A model generated the notes under the pieces. It saw only the letters and a program-made list of their open reading frames with translations. It was not told the DNA's origin and searched no databases. A stretch of DNA of 64,000 nt from Candidatus Phocaeicola excrementigallinarum. GTDB taxonomy: Bacteria > Bacteroidota > Bacteroidia > Bacteroidales > Bacteroidaceae. Position 1 is the stretch's first letter. Every line of letters starts with the position of its first letter. Both the position numbers and the translations under genes were made by a program. The DNA lies in the NCBI GenBank assembly GCA_019120125.1, contig DWVR01000051.1, positions 5,618 through 69,617 of the forward strand, read 5' to 3'. Of this stretch, positions 10,278-20,474 are shown in pieces.

Positions 10278-10404
10278 AAAAACATGGTATTTTTTGCCAA
10301 AAAACACCGAGACATTTTAAAAAAACGTCTCGGCATTTTGACCAAAACATTTAGGCGTTTCGATTCAAACGTCTAAATGCTTCCATTGAAATGTCTAAGA
10401 GTTT
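10278..10404. repeat. Array A: six degenerate A4-N10-T4 units at about 22-bp period
   Basis: Units start near 10278, 10299, 10319, 10344, 10367 and 10389 (e.g. AAAACGTCTCGGCATTTT, AAAACATTTAGGCGTTT, AAACGTCTAAATGCTT, AAATGTCTAAGAGTTT). It shares words of at least 10 nt with array B. Confidence 0.6.
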
Positions 10405-10641
10405 GGATCTAAATAGCGAAAAGCAATGATTTTTTCTCTAAAAATTCCAGGAAAACGGACAGTTCGCGCCTGTCATATTGACCATATTTTCACAAATATA
10501 CAGTCTTTACATCCGCTTTATCCATATAATCGCATAAGTTTAACACAATTTACGCATATACGCTTACCTCGTGATTTCTCCAATTCCTCCAAAACTCTCA
10601 AACTTACGACCGACTTATCTTCGGCCGCAAACATGGCGGGT

Positions 10642-10866
10642 TTAGGCCTCCCGAATTAACATTTTGTCAAAATTGACATTTTGATATGCCGCTATCCGGC
10701 AAGCATATTTATTCATTAAATAAAAGGCTTCATACGTTTCTAAAAAATCATCCTGAGCAGTGCGTGGAAACGGCCCCATAATGCCACTTACATTTTCATC
10801 AGCATATTTGTTCCGAAATCCTCCGCAACACTCAGGATGACAAACAATATTCTCTTTTCGAGACAA
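10642..10866 (-). CDS. Hypothetical small Cys-containing protein (74 aa), doubtful
   Basis: ORF 32 nt downstream of GH3 on the same strand. I recognise no motif (CHPECCGG...). It may be non-coding. Confidence 0.2.
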   Translation of the reverse strand: MSRKENIVCHPECCGGFRNKYADENVSGIMGPFPRTAQDDFLETYEAFYLMNKYACRIAAYQNVNFDKMLIREA

Positions 10867-10898
10867 CCTTACTCCATTACTATCCGCATAGTCAGCCC

Positions 10899-13223
10899 TT
10901 ATTTGTTGACATTATCCCACCGGTAAGTTTCAGTGCATGTCAGATTTATCATCTTGTCTCCCGCCTGCATTCTGAAATCACCTTTTTCAAGAATCCACTT
11001 TCCGTCTGCTCCGACAAAAGCCAGATCGCTGCCTTTCAGTCTGAACGATACCGTTTTAGTTTCTCCGGGTTGCAATTCTACTTTCTGAAAAGCCCTCAGC
11101 CGACGGCTCTCAGGCGTAAGAGAGGCCACCATATCTCTGCTGAACAGCATCACCGCCTCTTTCCCGGCCCTTTCTCCCGTATTGGTCACATTCACGGAAA
11201 GTTCTATCTCATCCTGAGCTTTAAAACTATTTGACGAAGCTTTGAAATCCGAATATTCAAAAGTCGTATAACTCAACCCGTATCCGAACGGCCATTGCAC
11301 AGAAATCACCGCGTCATAATCGTAAGCTCCTTCCATTTTATCCATTTCTTCACTCACCCTGTAGTCATAGACCGTAAGCGACGCCTGATCCTTAGGATAA
11401 GTATAAGGCATCTTGGCACTGGGATTGGCATCGCCCGACAAAATATTCGCAAGGGCATTCGCACCGTAATTGCCGGGCAGCAAGATGTTGACGACCGCAT
11501 CCGCCAGAGGTTCGATGTCGCTGATAATACGCGGACGTCCTTCATTCAGAATAAGGACAATGGGCTTGCCCGTCCCGGAAAGAGCCTTGACAAGTTCCCT
11601 TTGGTTAACGGAAAGAGCCAGGTCCGTAAGATTTCCCGGCGTTTCACAATAGGAGTTCTCCCCGACACACGCAAGAATCACATCCACATCCTTAGCTGCC
11701 TCCACCGCCTTGCCTATTTCCGGAGCATTCTCTTCATAATATTTCCCTTCCGGAACATAAGTCACGCCCTGTTCGAGCACCACATTCTCTTTCCCGAATT
11801 TGTTGCATACGGCTTCATAAATCGTATTATACTTTCCGGCGAAGCGATCAGCAAGATGTCCCTGCCACGAATAGCTCCATCCTCCGTTAAGGCAACGCAT
11901 GGAATTGGCATTAGGTCCCGTCACAAGAATCCTGATTCCTTTTTTCAGCGGCAGGACATCATTCTTGTTCTTCAACAGAATCTCCGATTCCTCGGCTGCC
12001 CGCAACGCCAGTTCGGCATGTTCCTCCGAACCGAATTTCGGATAATCCTTCAGATAGGTATTCGGCCTGTCAAAAAGCCCCAGACGGTATTTCAGACGAA
12101 GTACCCGGCGGACCGCATCATCAATCCTGCTCATCGAAACTCTTCCCTCTTCCACCAGTTCCTTGAGCAATGTACAGTAATTCAGGTCGTATGGTTCCAT
12201 TGCCATGTCAATGCCGGCGTTGATGGCTATTTCGATCGCTTCTTTCTTGTCTGCAGCCACATGCTCCCGTGTGTACAGGTTATTGATGTCAGCCCAGTCC
12301 GTAACGAGCATTCCGTCCCAGCCAAGACCTTCCTTGAGCCATCCGGTCAGCAGTTCTTTATTTGCATGAACCGGGATTCCGTTGATGCTTCCGCTGTTGA
12401 CCATGATAGTCAAAGCCCCGGCTTCGACACAAGCCTTGAACGGAGCAAAACATTTTTCGCGCAATTCAGAAACCGGAATATAGGCAGGCGTACGGTCTTT
12501 GCCCGTCCTTGCCTGTCCATAACCCATATAATGCTTCACAGACACCGCCACATGGTTGGCAGAAATATGATTTGGGTCATCCCCTTGAAAACCGCGGACA
12601 GCCTGACTTCCCATGACGGCATTGACCAGACAGTCTTCACCATAGCTCTCCCACACGCGCGACCATCGCGGGTCGCGTGCCAAGTCCACAGTCGGCGAAT
12701 AGGTCCACGGGCAATTACCCGCACGGGTCTCGTATGCCGTCACAGTAGCCGCATCGTATGCAAGTTGCGGGTTGAACGAAGCTCCCATATTGATGTTCTG
12801 CGGAAACAAAGTGCCTCCCAGAGTATAGGTTGTCCCGTGATTCTGGTCCAGCCCGTAAATGCACGGGATGCCTATTTCCTTCATCGAAAGTTCTTGTATC
12901 CGTCCAATCCACTTCTCCCATGTCTCCGGGGTCTGGGCCACCGGTCCGGGAGCATTCAATATCGAACCGACCTTATATTGCGAAATGGCTGTATGAAGTT
13001 TTTTTTCATCAAGCTGGAATTTACCATCCTTCCATTCTCCGATTACATCAATAGACAATTCTGTCATTTGTCCGATTTTTTCTTCGAGCGTCATCCGGCT
13101 GAGAGTCTTTTCCACCGCAGCCTCCAGCTTATCGTCTTTAGGAGCCGCCCCCGACATTACCTGCGGAAAACAAGCTATGCCGGATGCAGCCAATAATACA
13201 ATTTTTTTAAATGAATAGTGCAT
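10899..13223 (-). CDS. Glycoside hydrolase family 3 beta-glucosidase (PUL member)
   Basis: 774 aa, signal peptide, GH3 motifs ([17 protein letters not shown] nucleophile region) and a C-terminal fibronectin-like domain. Confidence 0.9.
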   Translation of the reverse strand: MHYSFKKIVLLAASGIACFPQVMSGAAPKDDKLEAAVEKTLSRMTLEEKIGQMTELSIDVIGEWKDGKFQLDEKKLHTAISQYKVGSILNAPGPVAQTPETWEKWIGRIQELSMKEIGIPCIYGLDQNHGTTYTLGGTLFPQNINMGASFNPQLAYDAATVTAYETRAGNCPWTYSPTVDLARDPRWSRVWESYGEDCLVNAVMGSQAVRGFQGDDPNHISANHVAVSVKHYMGYGQARTGKDRTPAYIPVSELREKCFAPFKACVEAGALTIMVNSGSINGIPVHANKELLTGWLKEGLGWDGMLVTDWADINNLYTREHVAADKKEAIEIAINAGIDMAMEPYDLNYCTLLKELVEEGRVSMSRIDDAVRRVLRLKYRLGLFDRPNTYLKDYPKFGSEEHAELALRAAEESEILLKNKNDVLPLKKGIRILVTGPNANSMRCLNGGWSYSWQGHLADRFAGKYNTIYEAVCNKFGKENVVLEQGVTYVPEGKYYEENAPEIGKAVEAAKDVDVILACVGENSYCETPGNLTDLALSVNQRELVKALSGTGKPIVLILNEGRPRIISDIEPLADAVVNILLPGNYGANALANILSGDANPSAKMPYTYPKDQASLTVYDYRVSEEMDKMEGAYDYDAVISVQWPFGYGLSYTTFEYSDFKASSNSFKAQDEIELSVNVTNTGERAGKEAVMLFSRDMVASLTPESRRLRAFQKVELQPGETKTVSFRLKGSDLAFVGADGKWILEKGDFRMQAGDKMINLTCTETYRWDNVNK

Positions 13224-13229
13224 AGTGTG

Positions 13230-14486
13230 TTATTTAATGGTTATAAAATCTACATAGAATCCATGTCCGGTACATAAGAACCCGTCTTCCGCCTGAATCA
13301 TGTCAAGCACTTCCTGAGTGAGAACCACCTCCAAAATTCCATCAGCGCTTACATCTGTCTTTGTAGTACCGGGGAGCGGTGTCCACCAGCCAGAAGTAGG
13401 CTGTATCTGATGGTATTCGTCTCCAGGCTCAATCGAATAATGTACAGACAGTACGGCTCCCGCCGTGACTCCGCTGAAAAGTTCTTTGCCCAGGCTGAAT
13501 GTCTTGTTAGGGTCTCCGTCAGGCAAATCCCAAGAGACATAATGATGGCCAGACCAAAGTGTCTGTTCTGAGGAAACCGTTACGGTGGCCTGCTGTACTA
13601 TTTCCTTATTAATATAGAATGTGACTGCGTTCCCGTCATTCATCGTTCCTGTCAACGTATATTCCCCATCGGCCAATTCCGGACACGTAAACAAAATCTC
13701 AGTGGCCGTCTGTTCTGTAAATTCCGTAATGGTTTTGTCACCTATCGTGAACGAAGCGATTTTGTCGAGGTTGATTCCCGTCATAGTCCATGCCGCAGCA
13801 GATGTAATACGGTCCGCCCCGGAAGTGACGAGCGACGTCGAACTTACCGTAACTTTATTCGCTCCATACTCGTTCCCCTCCGCATCAATGAGAGTCAGCC
13901 TCTGTTCTCCTTCCGCTACGTTTTCAGGAACAAGATAAGTGATATGGGGAGTTCCTGTGTCGGATGAAAAGTTCACATCATCAATCACCATTTCTCCTAT
14001 TTTAAGGCTTTTTACCTTATCAAGATTATCACCGTACAGCACCGCTTCATTACCCGGAGCAATAATCCGTTCAAAACTCTGTTCCGTAGCCCACGGGTCC
14101 CCGTCGAGCGGGTTAACCTGAACAATGCCTTCACGGAAGGTTGATTTACCTTCCACAGTAGTAACCGTTACTTTCATATTATACGAACCGGCCGGCAAAG
14201 CCATATCAATACTGTTTCCCTGCGTCACTTCATTCCCGTCAATATACCATACTACGTCAGTGTACTCTGAAGGAGTGACCGTCAATGTCATTGAAAAGTT
14301 TGCGTCACGGTTTATATTAGCCACAACCGGAAGTGATCCGTCATCATTCCTGTCCGGGAACACCGGCGAAAGAATATGCGGTTCGTCATTGGGTCCCGCA
14401 GTTGAAAATGGTTCCTCCTCACTACAGGAGAAAAGCAATGTGCCGGACAACGACATTGCGAATAATATTCTGAATATTGCTTTCAT
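13230..14486 (-). CDS. Surface glycan-binding lipoprotein (SusE/F-position, Ig/IPT-like repeats)
   Basis: 418 aa, lipoprotein signal (LLFSCSEEE), tandem Ig-like segments, located immediately after SusD as SGBP-B genes are in beta-glucan PULs. Confidence 0.7.
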   Translation of the reverse strand: MKAIFRILFAMSLSGTLLFSCSEEEPFSTAGPNDEPHILSPVFPDRNDDGSLPVVANINRDANFSMTLTVTPSEYTDVVWYIDGNEVTQGNSIDMALPAGSYNMKVTVTTVEGKSTFREGIVQVNPLDGDPWATEQSFERIIAPGNEAVLYGDNLDKVKSLKIGEMVIDDVNFSSDTGTPHITYLVPENVAEGEQRLTLIDAEGNEYGANKVTVSSTSLVTSGADRITSAAAWTMTGINLDKIASFTIGDKTITEFTEQTATEILFTCPELADGEYTLTGTMNDGNAVTFYINKEIVQQATVTVSSEQTLWSGHHYVSWDLPDGDPNKTFSLGKELFSGVTAGAVLSVHYSIEPGDEYHQIQPTSGWWTPLPGTTKTDVSADGILEVVLTQEVLDMIQAEDGFLCTGHGFYVDFITIK

Positions 14487-14518
14487 CTTTGTTGTTTCTT
14501 TTATAAGTTAACGGATTC

Positions 14519-16195
14519 TTATTCAATGTCCCACCATACATGGATGTGCCAATTATCAGTGCCACCCATGCGTTCGATCGCTTCGTCGTAACCGGTCTTG
14601 TTGTACGAGGACTCAAGAGTGGGGTAACAGAGCCTTACCGGAATTTCACTTCCGCCTGTCAGATACTGACCGAAGCCATATTCTGCCGGCGATTTCAACT
14701 TGGGATACCCGGAACGACGCACATTAGCCCAACATTCTGCCGGATTAGTGAAATGAAGAATCCAGGCCTGGGTATTGATGCTTTCCTTTTTCTGTTCGTC
14801 GGTGTGCCCGATATCATTGTTTGCCTTAAACGTATTGAAATCATCGTCCGAAATTCTGCTATAACCATAGTTGTCGGTCAAAAAATCCATTGCGGCACGT
14901 ACTCCTTGCCAATACAAGTCCTCAACCGCTCCTTTTCCGACATTCCAGCCTTTCAGGGTTGCCTCGGCAAGAAGCAGGTTGACCTCAGCATAGGTGATTA
15001 TAACTCCCGGATTATCCCCTTGCAAGAAATTATTCGCCAGCTTCGGTTCTGTTTCCCGTGCCATAGTCGTCTCGACAGACGGATTCGTTTCAGCTATTCC
15101 AGCCATTATGTCACTGTCATAACCCGTCGGCCACGGCTCCCAGGAATATGCCCCCGGTTCGCAAGGATTCATTGTAACCCCCTTTTCTATGATTTCGTCA
15201 GTCAGATCAATCCTGTTGTCAGTACTGGTCGAACTCATAAGTCCGTCATAGTAAAACCGCGCTATCAGAAAAGTCCGGGGATCACCCGAATCATGCAGTT
15301 CGTTGAAGAATGTTGAGCAAAGATAACTGGGATTGTTGGATGGGTCGTTCCCGAAAAGTAATTGTGAAAGGGTATTTCCTCTGTAATCCGAATAGGCATC
15401 CTGACCGAAGCTGAAAGAAATGTCCATGTATTGAATCAACGCGTCATCAGAAATATCGGTAAACACACCGCCATCCGCGGCAAGCGCTTTTTCAAATTCC
15501 TGACGTGCCTTGTCGGGCGCGACATCCGATATGCGCATGGCAAAACGGAGTCTGAGCGAGTTTGCCAGTTTTTTCCATTTGTCAATGTCACCATTATAAA
15601 TCACATCCCCGGTAATATCATCTTTCGCCGGATCCAAAGCCATCCCTGCCGCTTCTAATTCCGCAAAGAAATCAGTGTAAATATCTTCCTGCAGGTCATA
15701 ATGCGGATTGTATTTTTCATCAATATACCCCAGCCCGGCTTCACTGTAAGGAGCATCGCCATATACATCGGTTATTAATGACATAATATAAACGCGGTAA
15801 ATGCGAAGTGCCGCATTGATATTTGTCTTGGAATCATCCTGCGATGTACGGTATATGCCATCCGTGAGATTCTTTATCGCTTTAGGATAAAACGAAGTCC
15901 ACATCCGGCTCATCTCATTGTTGTCGATCGTATGACGGCCGCCATAATTGGTCGTATTCCAACAACCCATCAGCTGCTGAGTGAAAGCATAAAGATAATT
16001 ACGGTAAATTTCTATCATACCCAAATCACCATACGTCTGGAGTTCGGCCGTGGTAAGTTGTGCATTGGGATCCAGACTGCTCGCCTTCGACGGGTCAGTA
16101 TTCAGGTCTTCCATATAACTGTCGCTGCATGAGCAGGTAATTCCAGCCAATACCGTTGCCAATGCAAATATATATTTTTTTATTAACTGTTTCAT
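14519..16195 (-). CDS. SusD/RagB-family nutrient-binding lipoprotein
   Basis: 558 aa, lipobox (GITCSCS), TPR-like SusD architecture, 16 nt after SusC. Confidence 0.9.
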   Translation of the reverse strand: MKQLIKKYIFALATVLAGITCSCSDSYMEDLNTDPSKASSLDPNAQLTTAELQTYGDLGMIEIYRNYLYAFTQQLMGCWNTTNYGGRHTIDNNEMSRMWTSFYPKAIKNLTDGIYRTSQDDSKTNINAALRIYRVYIMSLITDVYGDAPYSEAGLGYIDEKYNPHYDLQEDIYTDFFAELEAAGMALDPAKDDITGDVIYNGDIDKWKKLANSLRLRFAMRISDVAPDKARQEFEKALAADGGVFTDISDDALIQYMDISFSFGQDAYSDYRGNTLSQLLFGNDPSNNPSYLCSTFFNELHDSGDPRTFLIARFYYDGLMSSTSTDNRIDLTDEIIEKGVTMNPCEPGAYSWEPWPTGYDSDIMAGIAETNPSVETTMARETEPKLANNFLQGDNPGVIITYAEVNLLLAEATLKGWNVGKGAVEDLYWQGVRAAMDFLTDNYGYSRISDDDFNTFKANNDIGHTDEQKKESINTQAWILHFTNPAECWANVRRSGYPKLKSPAEYGFGQYLTGGSEIPVRLCYPTLESSYNKTGYDEAIERMGGTDNWHIHVWWDIE

Positions 16196-16211
16196 TGGTG
16201 CATCAGATTAA

Positions 16212-19200
16212 TTAGAATTTAATATACAAGTTGAAGCCATAGCTCCGTCTTGACGGCAACGAACCGTATTCAAGTCCCATACCTGTCGTATTGTTATAGT
16301 TTGAATCCGGGTCAATGTTCGGAATATTCTTCCAAACGATAAAAGGATTGCGGGCTACAAAAGAGATAGACATGTCCTCAATAAATTTTCCCAACCATTT
16401 TCTCGGGAACTGATACGACAGGACTATTTCCCGGCACTTTACATAAGAGTTATCATAAATGAACATCGACGGGGCATTACGGCATACGCTCATCCAATAA
16501 TCTTCCGGATTGATAATTATATCGTTCGGACGATAAGTTCCATCACCATTGTCGATGACACCAGGAGCGATGAATCCGCCGGTCGGCGTCCAATTGGCAG
16601 ATCCCTTAGGTATGCCTGCCGCTTGCCGCTGTTCTTCAGACTTATACCATTCTTCACGACCTTGTAAGGTTGCCATGCTTTTTCCGGATTCGTATGCAGC
16701 CCGGGCTGACATGGAATATAGGTCGGCTCCCACCTTCACGTCAAATAATGCCGACAAAGAAATGTTCTTGTAATGAAAAGCAGTACTGATACCACCGGTC
16801 CAGTCCCATGAAGCATTGCCTAACACATGATTGCTTTTATCGTATTGCGGCAAACCGGTCTGAGGATCAATCAAGACATCACCGTTTGCATTTCTTACAA
16901 AGTCCGGACCCACAATCGCCCCGAAATTCTCACCCACTTTAGCTGCAATCTGTACGTCCAGCCATGCTGCCTTTTCCAGTTCAAACATGTCCATGCCTTC
17001 AACCAACTTCTTCACTTTATTACTGTTCTTGGCAAAATTGAAATTCAAATCCCATGAAAAGTCTCCCACTTGTACCGGACGGGTATTCAATGATATTTCA
17101 ATTCCCTGGTTCTGAATTTCTCCCGCGTTGATCAGACGATAAGGATAACCCGTTGTCCAACTGCTTGCTATTCCCATAATCTGGTCTTTACTGATTTGGT
17201 TATAATAAGTGAAATCAAGTCCGATACGATTGTTCAGGAACTTGGTTTCAAAGCCCACTTCAAACGAATTGGTCCTTGTCGGCTTCAAGTTCTTGTTAGG
17301 TATGGTTTCATTGCTGATATACCCGATAGTATAGCCGGGATATGAAAATTTTGATTTGGTATATACCAGTCCCAGCTGATAAGGGTCCGTATCGCTCCCG
17401 ACCTGTGCCCACGAAAGACGCACTTTGCCATAAGGAAGCGCATTTTTGTTTTTAACCAGTTCTGAAAAGACAAAACTTCCGGATACCGACGGATATACAT
17501 AGATGTTATTGTTCAAAGGCAAAGTCGATGACTTGTCACCCCGCAGCGTAGCGTCCAGATAGATAAGACTTCTCCAGCCTACATTCACGGCTCCGAATAT
17601 GGAATTGATTTGTTTCCTATACGTTGTATTCTCTACACTGGTATCATTAAAACTCATCAATGCGACCACATCGCGAATCTGCATATCTTTAGCTGTCAGA
17701 ATTGTCGTTTTGTTGTCCACCTTATAAATGTTCCCGCCAAAAGTGCCGGTAAAATCAAAGTCACCCCAACGATTATTATAGATAGCCAAAAGTTCAAAGT
17801 TATACATCTTGTTTTCAAAGTTGCTTTGTTGCAAATAACCGGATTCATAACCCGGAGTGGTAGGAGCTTTAAAGTCCTGGAAGGTAAACCAGTTAAATTC
17901 AGTTCCTGCCGTACCTTTGATTTTCAGATGTTCATTGATATTCCAAGTAGCTGCTGCACGAAAACGGAACAAATCCTTTTTAGAATCGTTCGAGTTCTTA
18001 TATACATCCCAATATGGATTTACGTTATAGGGATCCATGCCATTCCAATTGGCATAATCTCCGTTTTCATCCTGATAGGTCTTCAGCCATTCCTGGTCGT
18101 AGGTCGTGGCCAACGTCATCAGGTTCTTTCCGATATTCGACTTGCTGTCTCCCAAAGCCGGACGATTCTTTACTCCTTCATGCGTATAGTTGGCAGAAAA
18201 ATCCAAATCTACCTTCCCAAGACTGGAATTAGCCCTCAAATTAAAAATATCGCGGCTCATATTCGTATTGGGTACGATATCCTTGTTTCTCATATCCGTA
18301 AACGTGAACCGAAGTCCTGTATTCTTTACATTAGATGAAACGGTAACCGTATTGTTGGCAGTCAATCCGGTACGAAAGAAACCCGACGTATTGTCCGGAA
18401 TAATCAGATACGGCCGTTCCACTCCGTCGAAATATTTCAGCATATTGCCACCGTCAGCTTTCGGCCCCCAGCTTTTGTTTGTGTTTGATATGGCATCAAT
18501 GCTATAGCTTCCATTACTTCCCATACCATAAACCTGCTGTATGTCATTCCATTTTGACAGCTGCTTGTCGATAGTCAATGTACCGTTATATTCAACCGAA
18601 TATTTTTCTTTTCCGCCAGCTTTTTTGGTAGTAATCAGGATGACGCCATGACTGGCACGGCTTCCGTACAAGGCTGAAGCAGCAGGACCTTTCAACACAG
18701 ACATGCTTTCGATGTCATCCGGATTAATGCTGGAGATACCGTCTCCGAGATCATAGCCTCCGGATGCCCCCGCACTGCCGAAATTCGTATTATCCAAAGG
18801 TACACCGTCGACCACGTACAACGGTTGGTTGTTTCCTGTCATTTCTGTGCTTCCTCGCAATATGACGCGGGTTGACCCGGAAGGACCGCCGGCTGTCTGG
18901 CTCACTACGAGTCCGGCCACACGTCCTGCCATCGAATTGATGACATTAGTCTCTTTAGCTTTGTCAAGCACATCTCCTTTGACTTCATCTAATCCGTATC
19001 CTAATGCTTTCCGGTCTCTTTTAATACCCAAAGCAGTGACCACCACTTCGTCAAGCAACTGCGAATTTTCTTCCAATGTGATATTCATAGGAGCCGTTGT
19101 GGCCTTTACCTCCACATCCTTTGCTCCAACATAGCTGATAACAAGAGTAGCGCCTTTTTTCACGGTCAAAGTAAATTTCCCGTCAAGATCCGTCACAGTC

Positions 19201-19403
19201 CCGTTAGTGGTGCCCTTCTCAACAACATTCGCCCCGATTACAGCGCCCTCGGAATCCGTCACTGTTCCGGAAACTTTAACGGTCTGTTGGAGCGGCGATT
19301 GCGCCGGGACATTACCCGTGTCTGCATATACCATACTCATGGCTGGAAAGCCACAAAACAAAGTACAGCATAGCGTGATTTTTGAAAACATCTTTGTGTT
19401 CAT
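16212..19403 (-). CDS. SusC-family TonB-dependent transporter
   Basis: 1063 aa. N-terminal carboxypeptidase-regulatory-like domain (VSGTVTDSEGAVIGANV), plug (ITTKKAG, VLKGPAASALYGSRASHGVILITTK), C-terminal ...GFNLYIKF. Confidence 0.95.
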   Translation of the reverse strand: MNTKMFSKITLCCTLFCGFPAMSMVYADTGNVPAQSPLQQTVKVSGTVTDSEGAVIGANVVEKGTTNGTVTDLDGKFTLTVKKGATLVISYVGAKDVEVKATTAPMNITLEENSQLLDEVVVTALGIKRDRKALGYGLDEVKGDVLDKAKETNVINSMAGRVAGLVVSQTAGGPSGSTRVILRGSTEMTGNNQPLYVVDGVPLDNTNFGSAGASGGYDLGDGISSINPDDIESMSVLKGPAASALYGSRASHGVILITTKKAGGKEKYSVEYNGTLTIDKQLSKWNDIQQVYGMGSNGSYSIDAISNTNKSWGPKADGGNMLKYFDGVERPYLIIPDNTSGFFRTGLTANNTVTVSSNVKNTGLRFTFTDMRNKDIVPNTNMSRDIFNLRANSSLGKVDLDFSANYTHEGVKNRPALGDSKSNIGKNLMTLATTYDQEWLKTYQDENGDYANWNGMDPYNVNPYWDVYKNSNDSKKDLFRFRAAATWNINEHLKIKGTAGTEFNWFTFQDFKAPTTPGYESGYLQQSNFENKMYNFELLAIYNNRWGDFDFTGTFGGNIYKVDNKTTILTAKDMQIRDVVALMSFNDTSVENTTYRKQINSIFGAVNVGWRSLIYLDATLRGDKSSTLPLNNNIYVYPSVSGSFVFSELVKNKNALPYGKVRLSWAQVGSDTDPYQLGLVYTKSKFSYPGYTIGYISNETIPNKNLKPTRTNSFEVGFETKFLNNRIGLDFTYYNQISKDQIMGIASSWTTGYPYRLINAGEIQNQGIEISLNTRPVQVGDFSWDLNFNFAKNSNKVKKLVEGMDMFELEKAAWLDVQIAAKVGENFGAIVGPDFVRNANGDVLIDPQTGLPQYDKSNHVLGNASWDWTGGISTAFHYKNISLSALFDVKVGADLYSMSARAAYESGKSMATLQGREEWYKSEEQRQAAGIPKGSANWTPTGGFIAPGVIDNGDGTYRPNDIIINPEDYWMSVCRNAPSMFIYDNSYVKCREIVLSYQFPRKWLGKFIEDMSISFVARNPFIVWKNIPNIDPDSNYNNTTGMGLEYGSLPSRRSYGFNLYIKF

Positions 19404-19417
19404 GAGTCATAGATTAA

Positions 19418-20248
19418 TTATTGGTGAATGAATTTTATCCAGTCGACGTACATCGTAGCTTTCTGTCCTTCTTGAAGGGCAGTAACTGCATTGATATCAG
19501 TAATACCGGTGAAAGTTCCTCCCACTGCAAGATTGAACAGAATAAAAAAATTGTCATGAAAATAGGGATTATCCTTGATGTCAAACGAATGAAATACGAC
19601 ATCATCGATACGAATTTCTACATCCGATTCATTCCAGACAAGAGTATAAGTATGATATTTCCCATCCTGAAGATTATGTACAAAAGAAGTGGCATAATAT
19701 TCCTGCTCATGCGATGACGTATCTTTCCCGAAATGAAGTGCGGTGTTGACTCTTGTGGAAGTTGTGCCGCTTTTTATACCTTCGGCATCCCCCATCTCCA
19801 TAATGTCAATCTCACCGTTCGCAGGCCATTCTTTTCCGTTATCGCCCATCATCCAGAAAGCCGGCCACAGGCCGTTTCCCGTTTGGGGCAATCTGATACT
19901 TGCAATCAAAGTCCCATACCTGAAGTTCTTTTTTCCCTTCGAGTTGATTCTTCCCGAAACGATATGACCGTCTTTCCGCTCTGCGGTAATCATCAGTACG
20001 GATTTATCCCCATCCATCCCTACGCTGACTTGTGCCGGATCATAAGACTGAAGTTCTTGGTTAGTCCATCCTGCTTCGTGTGTTTCTTTTGTCCATACAT
20101 TCTCGTCGAAAGACCTGAACTCATCATAAAATGTCACATTTTCTTCTCCATCCGTAACCGACAGTTCGGTTCCTTTCAGGTCAGAAGAACATGCCGCCAG
20201 GGTTCCGTAAAGAAAAACGAGAACCGTGCATACCTTCCTGTTTCTCAT
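19418..20248 (-). CDS. Glycoside hydrolase family 16 endo-beta-glucanase (laminarinase/licheninase-like) lipoprotein
   Basis: 276 aa, lipobox LAACSS, catalytic GEIDIME (ExDxxE) motif, WPAFWM. Confidence 0.9.
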   Translation of the reverse strand: MRNRKVCTVLVFLYGTLAACSSDLKGTELSVTDGEENVTFYDEFRSFDENVWTKETHEAGWTNQELQSYDPAQVSVGMDGDKSVLMITAERKDGHIVSGRINSKGKKNFRYGTLIASIRLPQTGNGLWPAFWMMGDNGKEWPANGEIDIMEMGDAEGIKSGTTSTRVNTALHFGKDTSSHEQEYYATSFVHNLQDGKYHTYTLVWNESDVEIRIDDVVFHSFDIKDNPYFHDNFFILFNLAVGGTFTGITDINAVTALQEGQKATMYVDWIKFIHQ

Positions 20249-20315
20249 TCTGTTCTTTTTTAAGGTTAATACTTATTGAATTTTCTGTATCCTTGCGGAT
20301 TTCTTCAAAACAGTT

Positions 20316-20323
20316 CAAAGGTA
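20316..20323 (-). promoter_or_regulatory. Candidate PUL operon -7 box (minus strand TACCTTTG)
   Basis: TAnnTTTG match about 68 nt upstream of the GH16 ATG at 20248. Confidence 0.3.
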
Positions 20324-20474
20324 GTGCACTATCGCATTTCATGCGGTTTGATTTCCGATATTTAGAGTTTGACATCTGTTATATCATGTAACCTACTGAA
20401 TTATAAAGGATTTTAAATAGGTTTGTTTCCTGTCATATCTGCTATAAAACCCAGCTTTCAAACGGACTATACCG

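Noticed and set aside
11295-13196. 633-aa plus-strand ORF
   Set aside because: It is antisense to the GH3 gene, has no recognisable domains, and is Arg/Ile/Phe-rich like a shadow frame.
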